Of a DNA stretch of 32,000 nt, positions 19,364-28,473 are shown piece after piece. How positions within the stretch are numbered: the stretch's first letter is position 1; every line of letters begins with the position of its first letter. Source of the DNA: Synechococcus sp. A15-28 (GTDB lineage: Bacteria > Cyanobacteriota > Cyanobacteriia > PCC-6307 > Cyanobiaceae). Under the pieces are notes generated by a model. It was not told the DNA's origin, made no database searches, and saw only the letters and a program-made list of their open reading frames with translations. Position numbers and translations under genes: made by a program. The DNA lies in the NCBI RefSeq assembly GCF_014280175.1, contig NZ_CP047931.1:840001-872000 (forward strand), read 5' to 3'.

Positions 19364-19419
19364 GACTCGACCAATGCAGGCCTGAGGGCCAGACTGGAGG
19401 TGTCTCAACACCATCCGGC

Positions 19420-20136
19420 GTGACCACCATTCCCGCTGCCGTGGCCACCAGCAGATTGCTTGTTGTTGAGGATGACGACAGTATCCGTGAAACCGTCGGT
19501 GAAGCTCTCCGCGCCGAGGGATATGAAGTGCTCACCTGCGCCAATGGCTCAGAAGCCCTTGGACTGCTCTCGGGTGAGCCTGCTCAGCCCGTGGATCTGC
19601 TGGTGCTCGATCTGATGCTCCCCGGCCTGGGGGGCTTGGATCTCTGTCGTGAGTTGCGGCGATTCAACAACAACACGCCCATCCTGGTGATCAGTGCTAG
19701 GGACAGTGAGACGGATCGGGTGCTCGGCCTTGAGGTCGGGGCTGATGACTACCTGGTGAAGCCCTTTGGCCTGAGAGAGCTGGTGGCCCGCTGCCGGGCG
19801 CTGCTGCGGCGTGCTCAACAAACCCCTGCTGTTCTTCCCGAGATCTACAGCCACGCCAATCTCTGCCTTTACATCAATGAGTGCCGGGTCACCCGTGACG
19901 GCAAGGACCTCAATCTCTCTCCGAAGGAGTACAAAATCCTGGAGCTGTTCCTTCAGCACCCCAAGCGGGTCTGGAGTCGTGATCAGTTGCTCGAGAAGAT
20001 CTGGGGATTGGATTTCGTCGGCGACACAAAAACAGTGGATGTCCACATCCGCTGGTTGCGGGAGAAGATCGAGGTGCAGCCGTCTTCCCCTGAACTGATC
20101 CGCACGGTGCGGGGTTTCGGCTATCGATTCGGCTGA
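19420..20136 (+). CDS. phoB: OmpR/PhoB-family response regulator (PhoB/SphR-like)
   Basis: Receiver domain RLLVVEDDDSIRETVGEALRAEGYEV...VDLLVLDLMLPGLGG...PILVISAR...GADDYLVKPF; C-terminal winged helix LNLSPKEYKILELFLQHPKRVWSRDQLLEKIWG...VDVHIRWLREKIE...LIRTVRGFGYRF. GTG start. Symbol rests on family and gene pairing only. Confidence 0.8.
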   Translation: MTTIPAAVATSRLLVVEDDDSIRETVGEALRAEGYEVLTCANGSEALGLLSGEPAQPVDLLVLDLMLPGLGGLDLCRELRRFNNNTPILVISARDSETDRVLGLEVGADDYLVKPFGLRELVARCRALLRRAQQTPAVLPEIYSHANLCLYINECRVTRDGKDLNLSPKEYKILELFLQHPKRVWSRDQLLEKIWGLDFVGDTKTVDVHIRWLREKIEVQPSSPELIRTVRGFGYRFG

Positions 20137-20143
20137 GCAGCTG

Positions 20144-21283
20144 GTGCTTGTTCCCCTTCTGATCGGGTTCGGTGCCGGTGCCGCCACCATGACGATCATC
20201 CAGCGTCGACGCCTGCGAAGGGCTCGCATTGCTGACGAAGACAGTCCTGGTTTTCGCCAAGGCGTGCTGAATGCCCCTCAGCTCTTGGCTTGGATTGATG
20301 CAGCAACCCAGGGCTGGTTGATCCTCTCGCCGGATCTGTCCATTGCCTACATCAATGCCAGGGCCGAACGGTTGCTGCACATTTCCAGGAATCTGCTGGT
20401 GCGCGGTATGCCGATGGACCAGGTGTTATCGATTCCTCAGCTTGAAGAAGCGATCGTCAGCACCCGCTATCAGCAGCGCCCACAGCGCAGCGAATGGGAG
20501 CAGCTGGGGGACCCTCTGGAAGCCCTCGTTTTGCCGGGCTCCGATGAATGGCTGCTGGTGCTGATCCAGAGCCGTCAGTCACTGGAAGCTCAGCAACAAC
20601 AGCAGGAGCGCTGGGTCAGTGATGTGGCCCATGAGCTCAAGACGCCGCTCACGGCCTTGATGCTGGTGAGCGACCGGCTAGAGATGGCCGTTGAGGGCAG
20701 CGACACCGTGCTGGTGCAGCGCCTGCAGCGCGAGCTGCGGCGGCTGCAGTTGATGGTGGAGGACCTGCTGGAGCTGTCGCGCCTCGAAAACAGCCTGCCC
20801 CAGGAAAGCAGCAGTTACACCGCTATCACTCTGGAGGATCTGGTGGACAGCGCTTGGACCAGCATTCGCCCCCTGGCGGAGGAGCGCGAGGTGACGATGG
20901 ACCTGAATCGCTCCGAAACAGGGCCAATGATGGGCGATCAAAGGCGTCTGCACCGAGCGGTGCTCAATCTGCTCGACAACGCATTGCGCTACTCCCCCAA
21001 CGGATCCAGCGTGGACGTCTCCATCGTTCCCAGCGGTGGCTGGTGGTTGCTCAGCATCCGTGACCACGGTCCCGGACTGAGCGATTCGGACCTCGGCGGC
21101 ATGTTTCAACGTTTCTATCGCGGTGATCCATCCCGGGCCCGTTCCGCCCGCAGCGGCAGTGGCCTTGGGCTGGCGATCGTGCAACAGATCGCCGTTAATC
21201 ACGGTGGTCGCATCGAAGCGCGCAACCATCCCAATGGTGGGACCTGCATGGAGTTGGTGCTGCCCAAGAGTCTCAGCGCGTGA
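20144..21283 (+). CDS. phoR: Sensor histidine kinase (PhoR/SphS-like) with one TM, PAS-like region, HisKA and HATPase_c
   Basis: MLVPLLIGFGAGAATMTII, SDVAHELKTPLTALMLVSDRLE (H box), NLLDNALRYSP (N box), IRDHGPGLSDSDLGGMFQRFYRGD, GSGLGLAIVQQIA. Confidence 0.82.
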   Translation: MLVPLLIGFGAGAATMTIIQRRRLRRARIADEDSPGFRQGVLNAPQLLAWIDAATQGWLILSPDLSIAYINARAERLLHISRNLLVRGMPMDQVLSIPQLEEAIVSTRYQQRPQRSEWEQLGDPLEALVLPGSDEWLLVLIQSRQSLEAQQQQQERWVSDVAHELKTPLTALMLVSDRLEMAVEGSDTVLVQRLQRELRRLQLMVEDLLELSRLENSLPQESSSYTAITLEDLVDSAWTSIRPLAEEREVTMDLNRSETGPMMGDQRRLHRAVLNLLDNALRYSPNGSSVDVSIVPSGGWWLLSIRDHGPGLSDSDLGGMFQRFYRGDPSRARSARSGSGLGLAIVQQIAVNHGGRIEARNHPNGGTCMELVLPKSLSA

Positions 21284-22032
21284 CCCGGCAGCGTCTGCAG
21301 AAAATCATGGCCGCGGCAGGACTCTGCTCGCGGCGGACCGCTGAAGACTGGATTGTGGCCGGCCGGGTCAAGGTCGATGGACAGGTCTCCCGCCTTGGTG
21401 ATCAGGCGGACCCTGACAGCCAGAGCATCCATGTCGACGGCAGGCCGCTGTCCCCCCGCCGGGAGGCCACCGTGCTGCTCATCAACAAGCCCCCTGGTGT
21501 GATCAGCACCTGTCGGGACCCGCGCGGTCGTTCCACCGTGCTGGATCTGCTGCCCAGGCATCTGCGCCGGGGACTCCACCTGGTGGGTCGGTTGGATGCC
21601 GACAGCCGTGGCGCCCTGCTCCTCACCGATCAGGGGGACCTGACCCTGAGGCTCACGCACCCCCGCTATGACCATCCCAAGACCTATCGGGTCATGGTGG
21701 AGGGGGTCCCGTTGGACAGCAGCCTGCAGCGCTGGCGGAAGGGCCTGCTTTTGGACGGCACCATGACCCGCGCTGCTCAGGTTCGTGTGCTGCAGCGTCG
21801 ATCCGACCGCACGCTGTTGGAGGTGGTCCTGCTGGAGGGCCGCAACCGTCAGATCCGCCGTGTTGCTGATCTCCTGGGGCATCCGGTCGTTGACTTGCAG
21901 CGGGTCGGCATTGCCGGTTTGCGCCTGGGGGCCCTGCCGGAGGGTCGCTGGCGGCAGCTCAGCAGGGGAGAATGGGAGCCATTGCTTGATCGGGTCGAGC
22001 CCCGCGCCCCTCAGCACGGTTCATGCGCCTGA
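21280..22032 (+). CDS. rRNA pseudouridine synthase (RsuA/RluB family)
   Basis: S4-domain LQKIMAAAGLCSRRTAEDWIVAGRVKVDGQ; LLINKPPGVISTCRDPRGRSTVLDLLP; catalytic VGRLDADSRGALLLTDQGDLTLRLTHPRY; LEGRNRQIRRVADLLGHPV. Confidence 0.95.
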   Translation: MTRQRLQKIMAAAGLCSRRTAEDWIVAGRVKVDGQVSRLGDQADPDSQSIHVDGRPLSPRREATVLLINKPPGVISTCRDPRGRSTVLDLLPRHLRRGLHLVGRLDADSRGALLLTDQGDLTLRLTHPRYDHPKTYRVMVEGVPLDSSLQRWRKGLLLDGTMTRAAQVRVLQRRSDRTLLEVVLLEGRNRQIRRVADLLGHPVVDLQRVGIAGLRLGALPEGRWRQLSRGEWEPLLDRVEPRAPQHGSCA

Positions 22033-22943
22033 CGTTTCCGCGCCCCTGGCGGCGTCGCTCCCGTTCCTCCCAGATCGCTATTCCTGACGGCCTCTCCCGC
22101 GACGAGCAGCTGCGGGAGCTGGGCCAACTGCTGCAGCAGCGCCGGGAGGCTGAGGGGCTGACCTTGCGGGAGCTGGCTCAGGAGACTCGGATCACCACCC
22201 CGGTGATCGAAGCCCTCGAGCGCGGCTGGCCCGACCGCTTGCCCGAGCGGGCCTATCTGGCATCGATGCTGCCGCAACTGGAGCGGCGCCTGGCACTGAC
22301 GCCGGGGGTGTTGGAGCCGGTTCTCCCCCCGGCCGTGGTGCCCCAGCGCAAGGCGACGTTGGCTCAGCGTCGTTTCACGCCCGGCAGCATTGATGTGTTC
22401 ACCACCTGGCAGGGCAGCCTGGTGTACGCCATTCTGATCTTCCTGAGTTTGCTGATGATCAACCGTCAGCAGCAGAACCTTGCCCTGCAAAACAGTCAGA
22501 GCCTGGAGCCGGTGCGCGTCGACCTGAGCGGCCTGGATACGACTGCAGCCCTGTCTCCCACCGATCCGCAGCTCGACAATCTGCGGCCGCTCGATCTGGC
22601 TCGCAAATGGCAGCCGCAGGACTGGTTGAACGCTGCCGGTGGATTGCCAAGGTCCCGCCCGGGGGTGCTGACCCTGCAGTTGACTCAGCCGAGCCAGCTT
22701 CAATTGTTCAGCGGCGGTGGGGATCGGTTGCAGCTGCAACTTGAGGCCGGCACGGCGACCCTGCAGTTACTGGCCCCGGTGCAGCTGGTGATCAAGCCTC
22801 CGCCGGGGGAGGCCGACCAGCTGCTTTGGAACGGAGAGGCCCTAAAAGCAGAGACAACCCGTCCAGGGACCTATCGGGTGGAAGCCACCAGGGCTGCCGC
22901 TCCGGCTCCGCTGCGGCCCCAGACAGCCCCCCGCTCCCCGTAG
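22023..22943 (+). CDS. RodZ-like protein: N-terminal HTH, single TM, C-terminal DUF4115-like beta region
   Basis: LGQLLQQRREAEGLTLRELAQETRITTPVIEALERGWPDRLPERAYLASMLPQLERRL; TM SLVYAILIFLSLLMI; C-terminal LQLFSGGGDRLQLQLEAGTATLQLLAPVQLVIKP. Confidence 0.78.
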   Translation: MRLTFPRPWRRRSRSSQIAIPDGLSRDEQLRELGQLLQQRREAEGLTLRELAQETRITTPVIEALERGWPDRLPERAYLASMLPQLERRLALTPGVLEPVLPPAVVPQRKATLAQRRFTPGSIDVFTTWQGSLVYAILIFLSLLMINRQQQNLALQNSQSLEPVRVDLSGLDTTAALSPTDPQLDNLRPLDLARKWQPQDWLNAAGGLPRSRPGVLTLQLTQPSQLQLFSGGGDRLQLQLEAGTATLQLLAPVQLVIKPPPGEADQLLWNGEALKAETTRPGTYRVEATRAAAPAPLRPQTAPRSP

Positions 22944-24427
22944 CCCTTCAGGGCTCCATTGAGGTTGTCGTCATAGTGCGGCAACCGCCAGCTCCAATTG
23001 CCTTCACTGGTGCCTGGGGTGTTGAAGCGGGCGCTGTCGTCCAGATGCAGCAGATCCTGCAGGGGAGCCACCACCAGTTCCGCAGTGGTGGCGAAGGCCA
23101 TGTCGAACAGGTGCCAGGCCGGGGCCTCCACCGGGCCGTTCACCCGGCTGGTGATGAGCTCCCTACTCGCCTCATCAAGGTTGTTCCACCAGCCCAGGGT
23201 GGTGGGGTTGTCATGGGTGCCGGTGTACACCACCCAGCGGCTGCCATCGATGTTTTCGGGCAGATAGGGGTTGTCCTGCATGCCATCGAAGGCGAACTGC
23301 AGCACCTTCATCCCCGGCAGCTGGAAACCATCCCTGAGGGCCTCCACATCCGGAGTGATCACCCCGAGGTCTTCCGCGATCAAGGGCAGGGCACCGCCAC
23401 CATCCAGCTGCAGTTTGCTCAGAAGGGATCGACCGGGTGAGGGTTGCCAGCGGCCATTCTGAGCTGTGGTGTCACCCCCCGGCACGGCCCAGTAGCCCGC
23501 GAGGGCACGGAAGTGGTCAAGCCGCAGCAGATCCGCCAGTTGCCGCTGACGGGCGATGCGATGCCGCCACCAACGGAAACGGGTGAGGCGATGGCGGCCC
23601 CAGCGGTAGACCGGGGATCCCCACAGTTGTCCGGTCTCGGAGAAGTAATCCGGGGGGACGCCGCTCTGCGTGGTGAGTTCGCCGTTTTCCTTGATGGTGA
23701 ACAGGGAGCGGTGGCTCCAGACATCGGCACTGTCGGCGCTCACATAGAAGGGCAGATCGCCGAACAGCAGTACGCCGCGCTCCTTTGCCAGCGACCGGAT
23801 GGCCTTCCACTGGCGGTCCAGGTGCCACTGGACCAGCTTCACCTGCAGCAGCGCCTCGCCGTGGTCGTCGCACCAGCGTTGAAGGGCTCCCTCCCGATGC
23901 GTCGCCAGCGCTTTCGGCCAGCTCCACCAGGCTCCCTCGTGTTGATCATGCAGAACGCTGTAGCGGGCGTGTTCCTCCAGCCAGGCCTGTTCCTCGCACC
24001 AGGACCGGAAGGTGTCCTGCCGCTCCTGGCTCTGTTCGGACCAGCGGCTCAGCAGGGCCGTGGCCAGGGCCTGGCTGCGTTGGTTCGCCAGCGCAAAGTC
24101 CACCCTGTTGATGCCGTCGCTGGGGGCATCTGCCCCCGGGAGCGTTGCCTGGTCGTCGCTGCTGATGTAGCCCTCCGCCGTCAGATCTGCGGCATCCAGC
24201 AGCCAGGGGTTCAGGGCAAAGCAGGAGGGTGAGCTGTAGGGAGACCCGGTGGGATCCGGTGGCGCCAGCGGCAGGATCTGCCAGACCCCGATGTTGTTGT
24301 CCGCCAGTTGATGAACCCAGCGGCGGCAGGGTTCACCGAAGCTTCCGCAGACCGGGCTGCCGGGGAGAGCGGTGGGATGGAGCAGAACCCCTGTGCTGCG
24401 CGGCCGCGGTGCTGTGGGCTGTTCCAT
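22871..24427 (-). CDS. malQ: 4-alpha-glucanotransferase (GH77)
   Basis: STGVLLHPTALPG, WQILPLAPPDPTGSPYSSPSCFALNPWLLD, LLFGDLPFYVSADSADVW, LLRLDHFRALAGYWAVP, PLIAEDLGVITPDVEALRDGFQLPGMKVLQFAFDG, VVYTGTHDNPTTLGWW. Start at the internal Met (MEQPTAPRP). Confidence 0.95.
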   Translation of the reverse strand: MEQPTAPRPRSTGVLLHPTALPGSPVCGSFGEPCRRWVHQLADNNIGVWQILPLAPPDPTGSPYSSPSCFALNPWLLDAADLTAEGYISSDDQATLPGADAPSDGINRVDFALANQRSQALATALLSRWSEQSQERQDTFRSWCEEQAWLEEHARYSVLHDQHEGAWWSWPKALATHREGALQRWCDDHGEALLQVKLVQWHLDRQWKAIRSLAKERGVLLFGDLPFYVSADSADVWSHRSLFTIKENGELTTQSGVPPDYFSETGQLWGSPVYRWGRHRLTRFRWWRHRIARQRQLADLLRLDHFRALAGYWAVPGGDTTAQNGRWQPSPGRSLLSKLQLDGGGALPLIAEDLGVITPDVEALRDGFQLPGMKVLQFAFDGMQDNPYLPENIDGSRWVVYTGTHDNPTTLGWWNNLDEASRELITSRVNGPVEAPAWHLFDMAFATTAELVVAPLQDLLHLDDSARFNTPGTSEGNWSWRLPHYDDNLNGALKGYGERGAVWGRSGAGAAALVASTR

Positions 24428-24459
24428 CGGATCTCCGATTTGTCCCAAGGATGGCCGCT

Positions 24460-25488
24460 TCAGAACAGGGCGGCATCCCCCAGGTCCTGACCAGCCATTC
24501 CGTCCCGCACCACCAGTTCAAAGAACTGTTCCAGGGTGTCATTGCCGTAGGAGGGGGTGGCATCAGCGTCATAGCGCTGCCGCTCGGCGTCCCACACCAA
24601 CATCGATTCACTGGCGTAGTAGCGCCCGATCCGCCCGAATTCAGCGGTGTCCTGCAGTCCGGGGAACAGGCGCGACAGGGTTTCGAGCAGGTTGATCGGT
24701 GCGTCCATCAGGGCCAGCGGCAGCGACAGCATCCGTGGAGATTTCCCGAGAGCTCGGAACAGCATCTCCCCTTGTTCCCGGGCGCTGAGGGCCGGGCCCG
24801 GGCCCCCGATCGGCAACATCTGGTTGCGTTTGTCCTCATCCCGCAGGCAATCGGCCATGAAGCGAGCCAGGTCGTCTTCGCTGATCGGCTTGCAGCTCGC
24901 CAGTTCACCGCCGCCGAACATCACATAGGGCCCCCCTTTGCGGCAGCTTTCCACTTGCCCACCCAGGCTCTTGAAGAAGGCGGTGGGCCGGACGATCGAA
25001 TGGGTCATCTCCCCATCGGCCTGCAGTTCCGCTTCAAAGGCCAGCTTGGCCTTCTGAAATTCCAGCAGCGGTTTCTGCACGCAGATCGCTGAAAGCAGCA
25101 CGTAATGGGCGACTCCAGCCCGTCGTCCCTCTCGATAGGTGTTGAGGGTGGCCTGGTGATCAATGGCCCAGGAGTCCTTGCGACCGCCCGTGCGGGAGGC
25201 CAGGCAGGACACCACCACATCCGTGGGCTGGTTGAAGGCCTCTGCCGCCAGGGAGGCGGGGTCGGTGACATCACCGAATCGAACCTCGGCGCCCGGCAGG
25301 TCGTTGATCACCTGCTCCTTGCTCTGGCGGCCCCCGATGCCACTTCGTTCTCGGGCGAAGGCCACCACCTGGTAACCCCTCTCCACCAGCTCGCGCACCA
25401 CATAACGACCGATGTAGCCCGTGGCTCCGAACACCACGACCCTCACCTGTTCGGGCGGTCGGTTGCGGAAGTCGTGGCGCAGAGCCAT
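24460..25488 (-). CDS. bciA: Divinyl (proto)chlorophyllide a 8-vinyl-reductase, BciA-type (NAD(P)-binding SDR-like)
   Basis: VVVFGATGYIGRYVVRELVERGYQVVAFARERSGIGG, VRFGDVTDPASL, DVVVSCLASRTGGRKDSWAIDHQATLN, SIVRPTAFFKSLGGQVESCRKGGPYVMFGGGELASCKPISEDDLA. Start at the internal Met (MALRHDF). Confidence 0.88.
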   Translation of the reverse strand: MALRHDFRNRPPEQVRVVVFGATGYIGRYVVRELVERGYQVVAFARERSGIGGRQSKEQVINDLPGAEVRFGDVTDPASLAAEAFNQPTDVVVSCLASRTGGRKDSWAIDHQATLNTYREGRRAGVAHYVLLSAICVQKPLLEFQKAKLAFEAELQADGEMTHSIVRPTAFFKSLGGQVESCRKGGPYVMFGGGELASCKPISEDDLARFMADCLRDEDKRNQMLPIGGPGPALSAREQGEMLFRALGKSPRMLSLPLALMDAPINLLETLSRLFPGLQDTAEFGRIGRYYASESMLVWDAERQRYDADATPSYGNDTLEQFFELVVRDGMAGQDLGDAALF

Positions 25489-25544
25489 GGTGCTCGGGAC
25501 TGGACAACTGGGCGAAACTAGGCGCCGTAGCACGCCTGGGGACG

Positions 25545-26504
25545 ATGACTCCCACCCAACCGAAGCGGTTGATGACCTGGCTGGGCCGATACCCCCTGCG
25601 AACCTTGCTGCGCCTTTCCGCTGCCGTTGTGGGCCTTGGTGCCACGGGGTGGATGTTGAGCACGGTCTGGCCGGAGCCCGATCAGGTGGCCCCGGCGGCG
25701 CCTGTCGCAGCCGACAACCCCATCAACCTGGCCCCTTTGCCTCTGGGACCTGTGACCCTGTTGCTGGTGGGGATCGATGCGGATCAGACCGGAGATCCCA
25801 TGAACAATGCGGCGCCGCGGGGACGGGCCAATGCCGATGCTGTGATGCTGTTGCGGGTCGATGCCCAACAGCCACTTCGGGTGCTGCAGGTGCCGATCGA
25901 ACTCGCACTCCAGCTCCCGGGTCAGACCACGCCTTCCGGGCTCGGCAGCCTCTGGCAGGAGGGCGGTGTTGCCCTCTTGAACGATGCGATCCGGGAACTG
26001 GTCGGCCTGCCGGCTGATCAACCGCACCGCTATGTGGTGCTCCCCCGGCGGGTGCTGCGCTCCGTGGTGGATGGCCTTGGTGATCTCGATGTAATCCTGA
26101 ATGCCTCGTTCCAACGCAAGGATAAGGCGCAGAATTACACGGTTAATCTGCAGGCCGGTCGCCAGAGTCTGAATGGTGCCCAGGCCGAGCAGCTGGCGCG
26201 GTATCTCAAGGATCCTTTGGATGATCCCAACCGCCGCTTGCGGCAGCAGCTGCTGATCCGCGCGGTGGTGGAGCAGTTCAGGGGACCACGGACGATGGGC
26301 AAGATCCCCGGATTGGTGGACATTGCCGCCAGCGACGTGGAGACCAATCTTTCCAAGGCCGAGATGCTCAGCCTGGCGGCGGCCATTCTCTCCAGTCCTG
26401 CATCGGTGCAGATTAAGCAGCTGCCGCTGGCCAAGCGGGCCGGCAAGCAGGTGCTGCGTCAGATCAAGGCTGGGGAGTCCTTGCCCCTGTGGCCACGGCT
26501 GTGA
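25545..26504 (+). CDS. LytR-CpsA-Psr (LCP) family protein
   Basis: Signal/TM N-terminus; LLVGIDADQTGDP...RGRANADAVMLLRVDAQQPLRVLQVPIEL; IRELVGLPADQPHRYVVLPRRVLRSVVDGLGDLDV; LNGAQAEQLARYLKDPLDDPNRRLRQQLLIRAVVEQ. Confidence 0.85.
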   Translation: MTPTQPKRLMTWLGRYPLRTLLRLSAAVVGLGATGWMLSTVWPEPDQVAPAAPVAADNPINLAPLPLGPVTLLLVGIDADQTGDPMNNAAPRGRANADAVMLLRVDAQQPLRVLQVPIELALQLPGQTTPSGLGSLWQEGGVALLNDAIRELVGLPADQPHRYVVLPRRVLRSVVDGLGDLDVILNASFQRKDKAQNYTVNLQAGRQSLNGAQAEQLARYLKDPLDDPNRRLRQQLLIRAVVEQFRGPRTMGKIPGLVDIAASDVETNLSKAEMLSLAAAILSSPASVQIKQLPLAKRAGKQVLRQIKAGESLPLWPRL

Positions 26505-26994
26505 GGCTGCGCCGCCTCAGCTCCTGAACCAGGTGGTCAAGCGCGAGCCCCCGTTCTGGCTCGCCTGGGGCGGGAATCCATCCAATCCACGGCAGACCGT
26601 CCCGACGACGTTGCAGACGGTTCCATGCTGACCCGATCTGGATCAGCCCCATCAGAGGAGCGCCGAGCTGATGACAGAGGGCGGTGTAGGCCGCGGCTGA
26701 TCCGGCAACGCCACCTCCGGGTTCGCCGACCACCATCAACAGCAGGGGGTGGCGCCAGTCGGCGAGGGCGTCCAGCCAGCTGCCCCCCTCCGGAAGTTGT
26801 CGCGCGGCATCGCCGCTGAGGCGGATCAGGCCCCTCCGAGCCGATGGATCCGACAGCCACTGCTGCGGAGACTCCCCTTCGCTGATGTGGCTCAGCGCGA
26901 GTCCCAAGGATTCGGCCAGGGCCGTGCAGGCCTCGCGCATCCGTAGTTCAGGCAAGGGGCCAGCACCCACCAACAGAGGAACGTCTGTGGACAT
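26464..26994 (-). CDS. Hypothetical protein (about 176 aa from the internal Met; the ORF track opens at 27018)
   Basis: Long ORF between LCP and prs in the expected compact layout; no family recognised. Confidence 0.6.
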   Translation of the reverse strand: MSTDVPLLVGAGPLPELRMREACTALAESLGLALSHISEGESPQQWLSDPSARRGLIRLSGDAARQLPEGGSWLDALADWRHPLLLMVVGEPGGGVAGSAAAYTALCHQLGAPLMGLIQIGSAWNRLQRRRDGLPWIGWIPAPGEPERGLALDHLVQELRRRSLTAVATGARTPQP

Positions 26995-27050
26995 GGGGGT
27001 CCTGCTCAGCACTACCATCGGATTACAGCAAACTTCGTCCCGCGGGCGCC

Positions 27051-28046
27051 GTGACCAGTTTTCTGACCGCAGCGCGCGCAGAACAGGAAAAGCTCACACC
27101 GGACACGCGCCGGTTGCGCCTGTTCAGCGGCACCTCCAATCCCGGTCTTACCAGGGAGATCGCGGCCTATCTGGGTGTTCCCGATGGTCCTCGCGTCTGC
27201 AAACGCTTCGCTGACGGCGAGCTCTACGTGCAGATCCAGGAGTCGATCCGGGGCTGCGATGTGTTTCTGATCCAGCCCACCTGTGCTCCGGTGAATGATC
27301 ACCTGATGGAGCTGCTGATCATGGTGGATGCCTGCCGTCGGGCTTCGGCGCGCCAGATCACAGCGGTGGTGCCCTATTACGGCTACGCCCGCGCTGACCG
27401 CAAGACCGCTGGGCGTGAATCGATCACCGCCAAGCTCACCGCCAACCTGCTGGTGAAATCCGGTGTGGACCGGGTGCTGGCCATGGACCTGCACTCGGCT
27501 CAGATCCAGGGTTACTTCGACATTCCCTGTGACCACATCTACGGATCACCGGTGCTGGTGGATTACCTCTCAACCCAGAACCTCGGCGACATCGTGGTGG
27601 TGTCTCCGGATGTGGGCGGCGTGGCACGGGCCCGGGCCTTTGCCAAACAGATGAACGATGCGCCGCTGGCCATCATCGACAAACGCCGCACCGGTCACAA
27701 TCAAGCCGAAAGTCTCACGGTGATCGGCGATGTCTCCGGCCGGACGGCGATCCTGATCGACGACATGATCGACACCGGTGGCACCATCTGCGCCGGGGCC
27801 AGGCTGCTGCGGCAACAGGGGGCGAAACGGGTGATCGCCTGTGCAACCCACGCCGTGTTTTCGCCTCCGGCCAGTGAACGCCTTTCGGCCGATGGCCTAT
27901 TCGAGCAGGTGGTCGTGACCAACAGCATTCCGATTCAGCAGGAGCGAACCTTCCCTCAGCTGCAGGTTCTCTCCGTTGCCAACATGCTGGGCGAAGCCAT
28001 CTGGCGCATCCACGAGGAGAGTTCCGTCAGCTCAATGTTCCGTTGA
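27051..28046 (+). CDS. prs: Ribose-phosphate pyrophosphokinase
   Basis: LFSGTSNPGLTREIAAYLG, RFADGELYVQIQESIRGCDVFLIQPTCAPVNDHLMELLIMVDACRRASARQITAVVPYYGYARADRK, VDRVLAMDLHSAQIQGYFD, VVSPDVGGVARARAFAKQM, ILIDDMIDTGGTI. Confidence 0.97.
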   Translation: MTSFLTAARAEQEKLTPDTRRLRLFSGTSNPGLTREIAAYLGVPDGPRVCKRFADGELYVQIQESIRGCDVFLIQPTCAPVNDHLMELLIMVDACRRASARQITAVVPYYGYARADRKTAGRESITAKLTANLLVKSGVDRVLAMDLHSAQIQGYFDIPCDHIYGSPVLVDYLSTQNLGDIVVVSPDVGGVARARAFAKQMNDAPLAIIDKRRTGHNQAESLTVIGDVSGRTAILIDDMIDTGGTICAGARLLRQQGAKRVIACATHAVFSPPASERLSADGLFEQVVVTNSIPIQQERTFPQLQVLSVANMLGEAIWRIHEESSVSSMFR

Positions 28047-28137
28047 ACTTGATTGTCGAGGCACGTCGCTCACCTGTTGAAAGTGGGCAACATCACCAAG
28101 TGAAATGTGCAGGCTTTGGGACGGTGGCAACGTCTCT

Positions 28138-28386
28138 TCAGAGATAAACCTTTCTTCCTTTGGGTGTGATGCGGTAGCGACCGCCTTTGGGTCCAATGTG
28201 AATGGCACTGTCAACTGCAGGATTTCTTGGGCGATGGGTGGGTTTGTTGATCCCCTGATCATCCGTATGTCGTGGTTGTACCACGACTTTGGCTCGCACG
28301 CTGTTCAGTTGAGCCGTGAGCATCTCCAGAAGTGTTGACATGGTCCTGTCGATCAGCTGAACTCTTTCATTGTGCAGAGGCGTCAA
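28138..28386 (-). CDS. Small protein (82 aa) with C-terminal GPKGGRYRITPKGRKVYL motif resembling the PBCV-specific basic adaptor domain
   Basis: MTPLHNERVQLIDRTMSTLLEMLTAQLNSVRAKVVVQPRHTDDQGINKPTHRPRNPAVDSAIHIGPKGGRYRITPKGRKVYL; the motif translates cleanly from the reverse complement of 28138-28210. Confidence 0.6.
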   Translation of the reverse strand: MTPLHNERVQLIDRTMSTLLEMLTAQLNSVRAKVVVQPRHTDDQGINKPTHRPRNPAVDSAIHIGPKGGRYRITPKGRKVYL

Positions 28387-28473
28387 TCGACGTTTATGCC
28401 TAAGCGCAGTGAGGTGCTGTCAGCATGGTTTGACTTAATCGTACTGGCAATTGGATGTCGTTAATTTAATTTT

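Noticed and set aside
23444-24232. Plus-strand 262-aa ORF opposite malQ
   Set aside because: Low-complexity antisense frame; malQ motifs on the minus strand are unambiguous.
28105-28338. Plus-strand 77-aa ORF opposite the PBCV-motif protein
   Set aside because: The opposite strand carries the recognisable GPKGGRY...GRKVYL ending; this frame has no motif.
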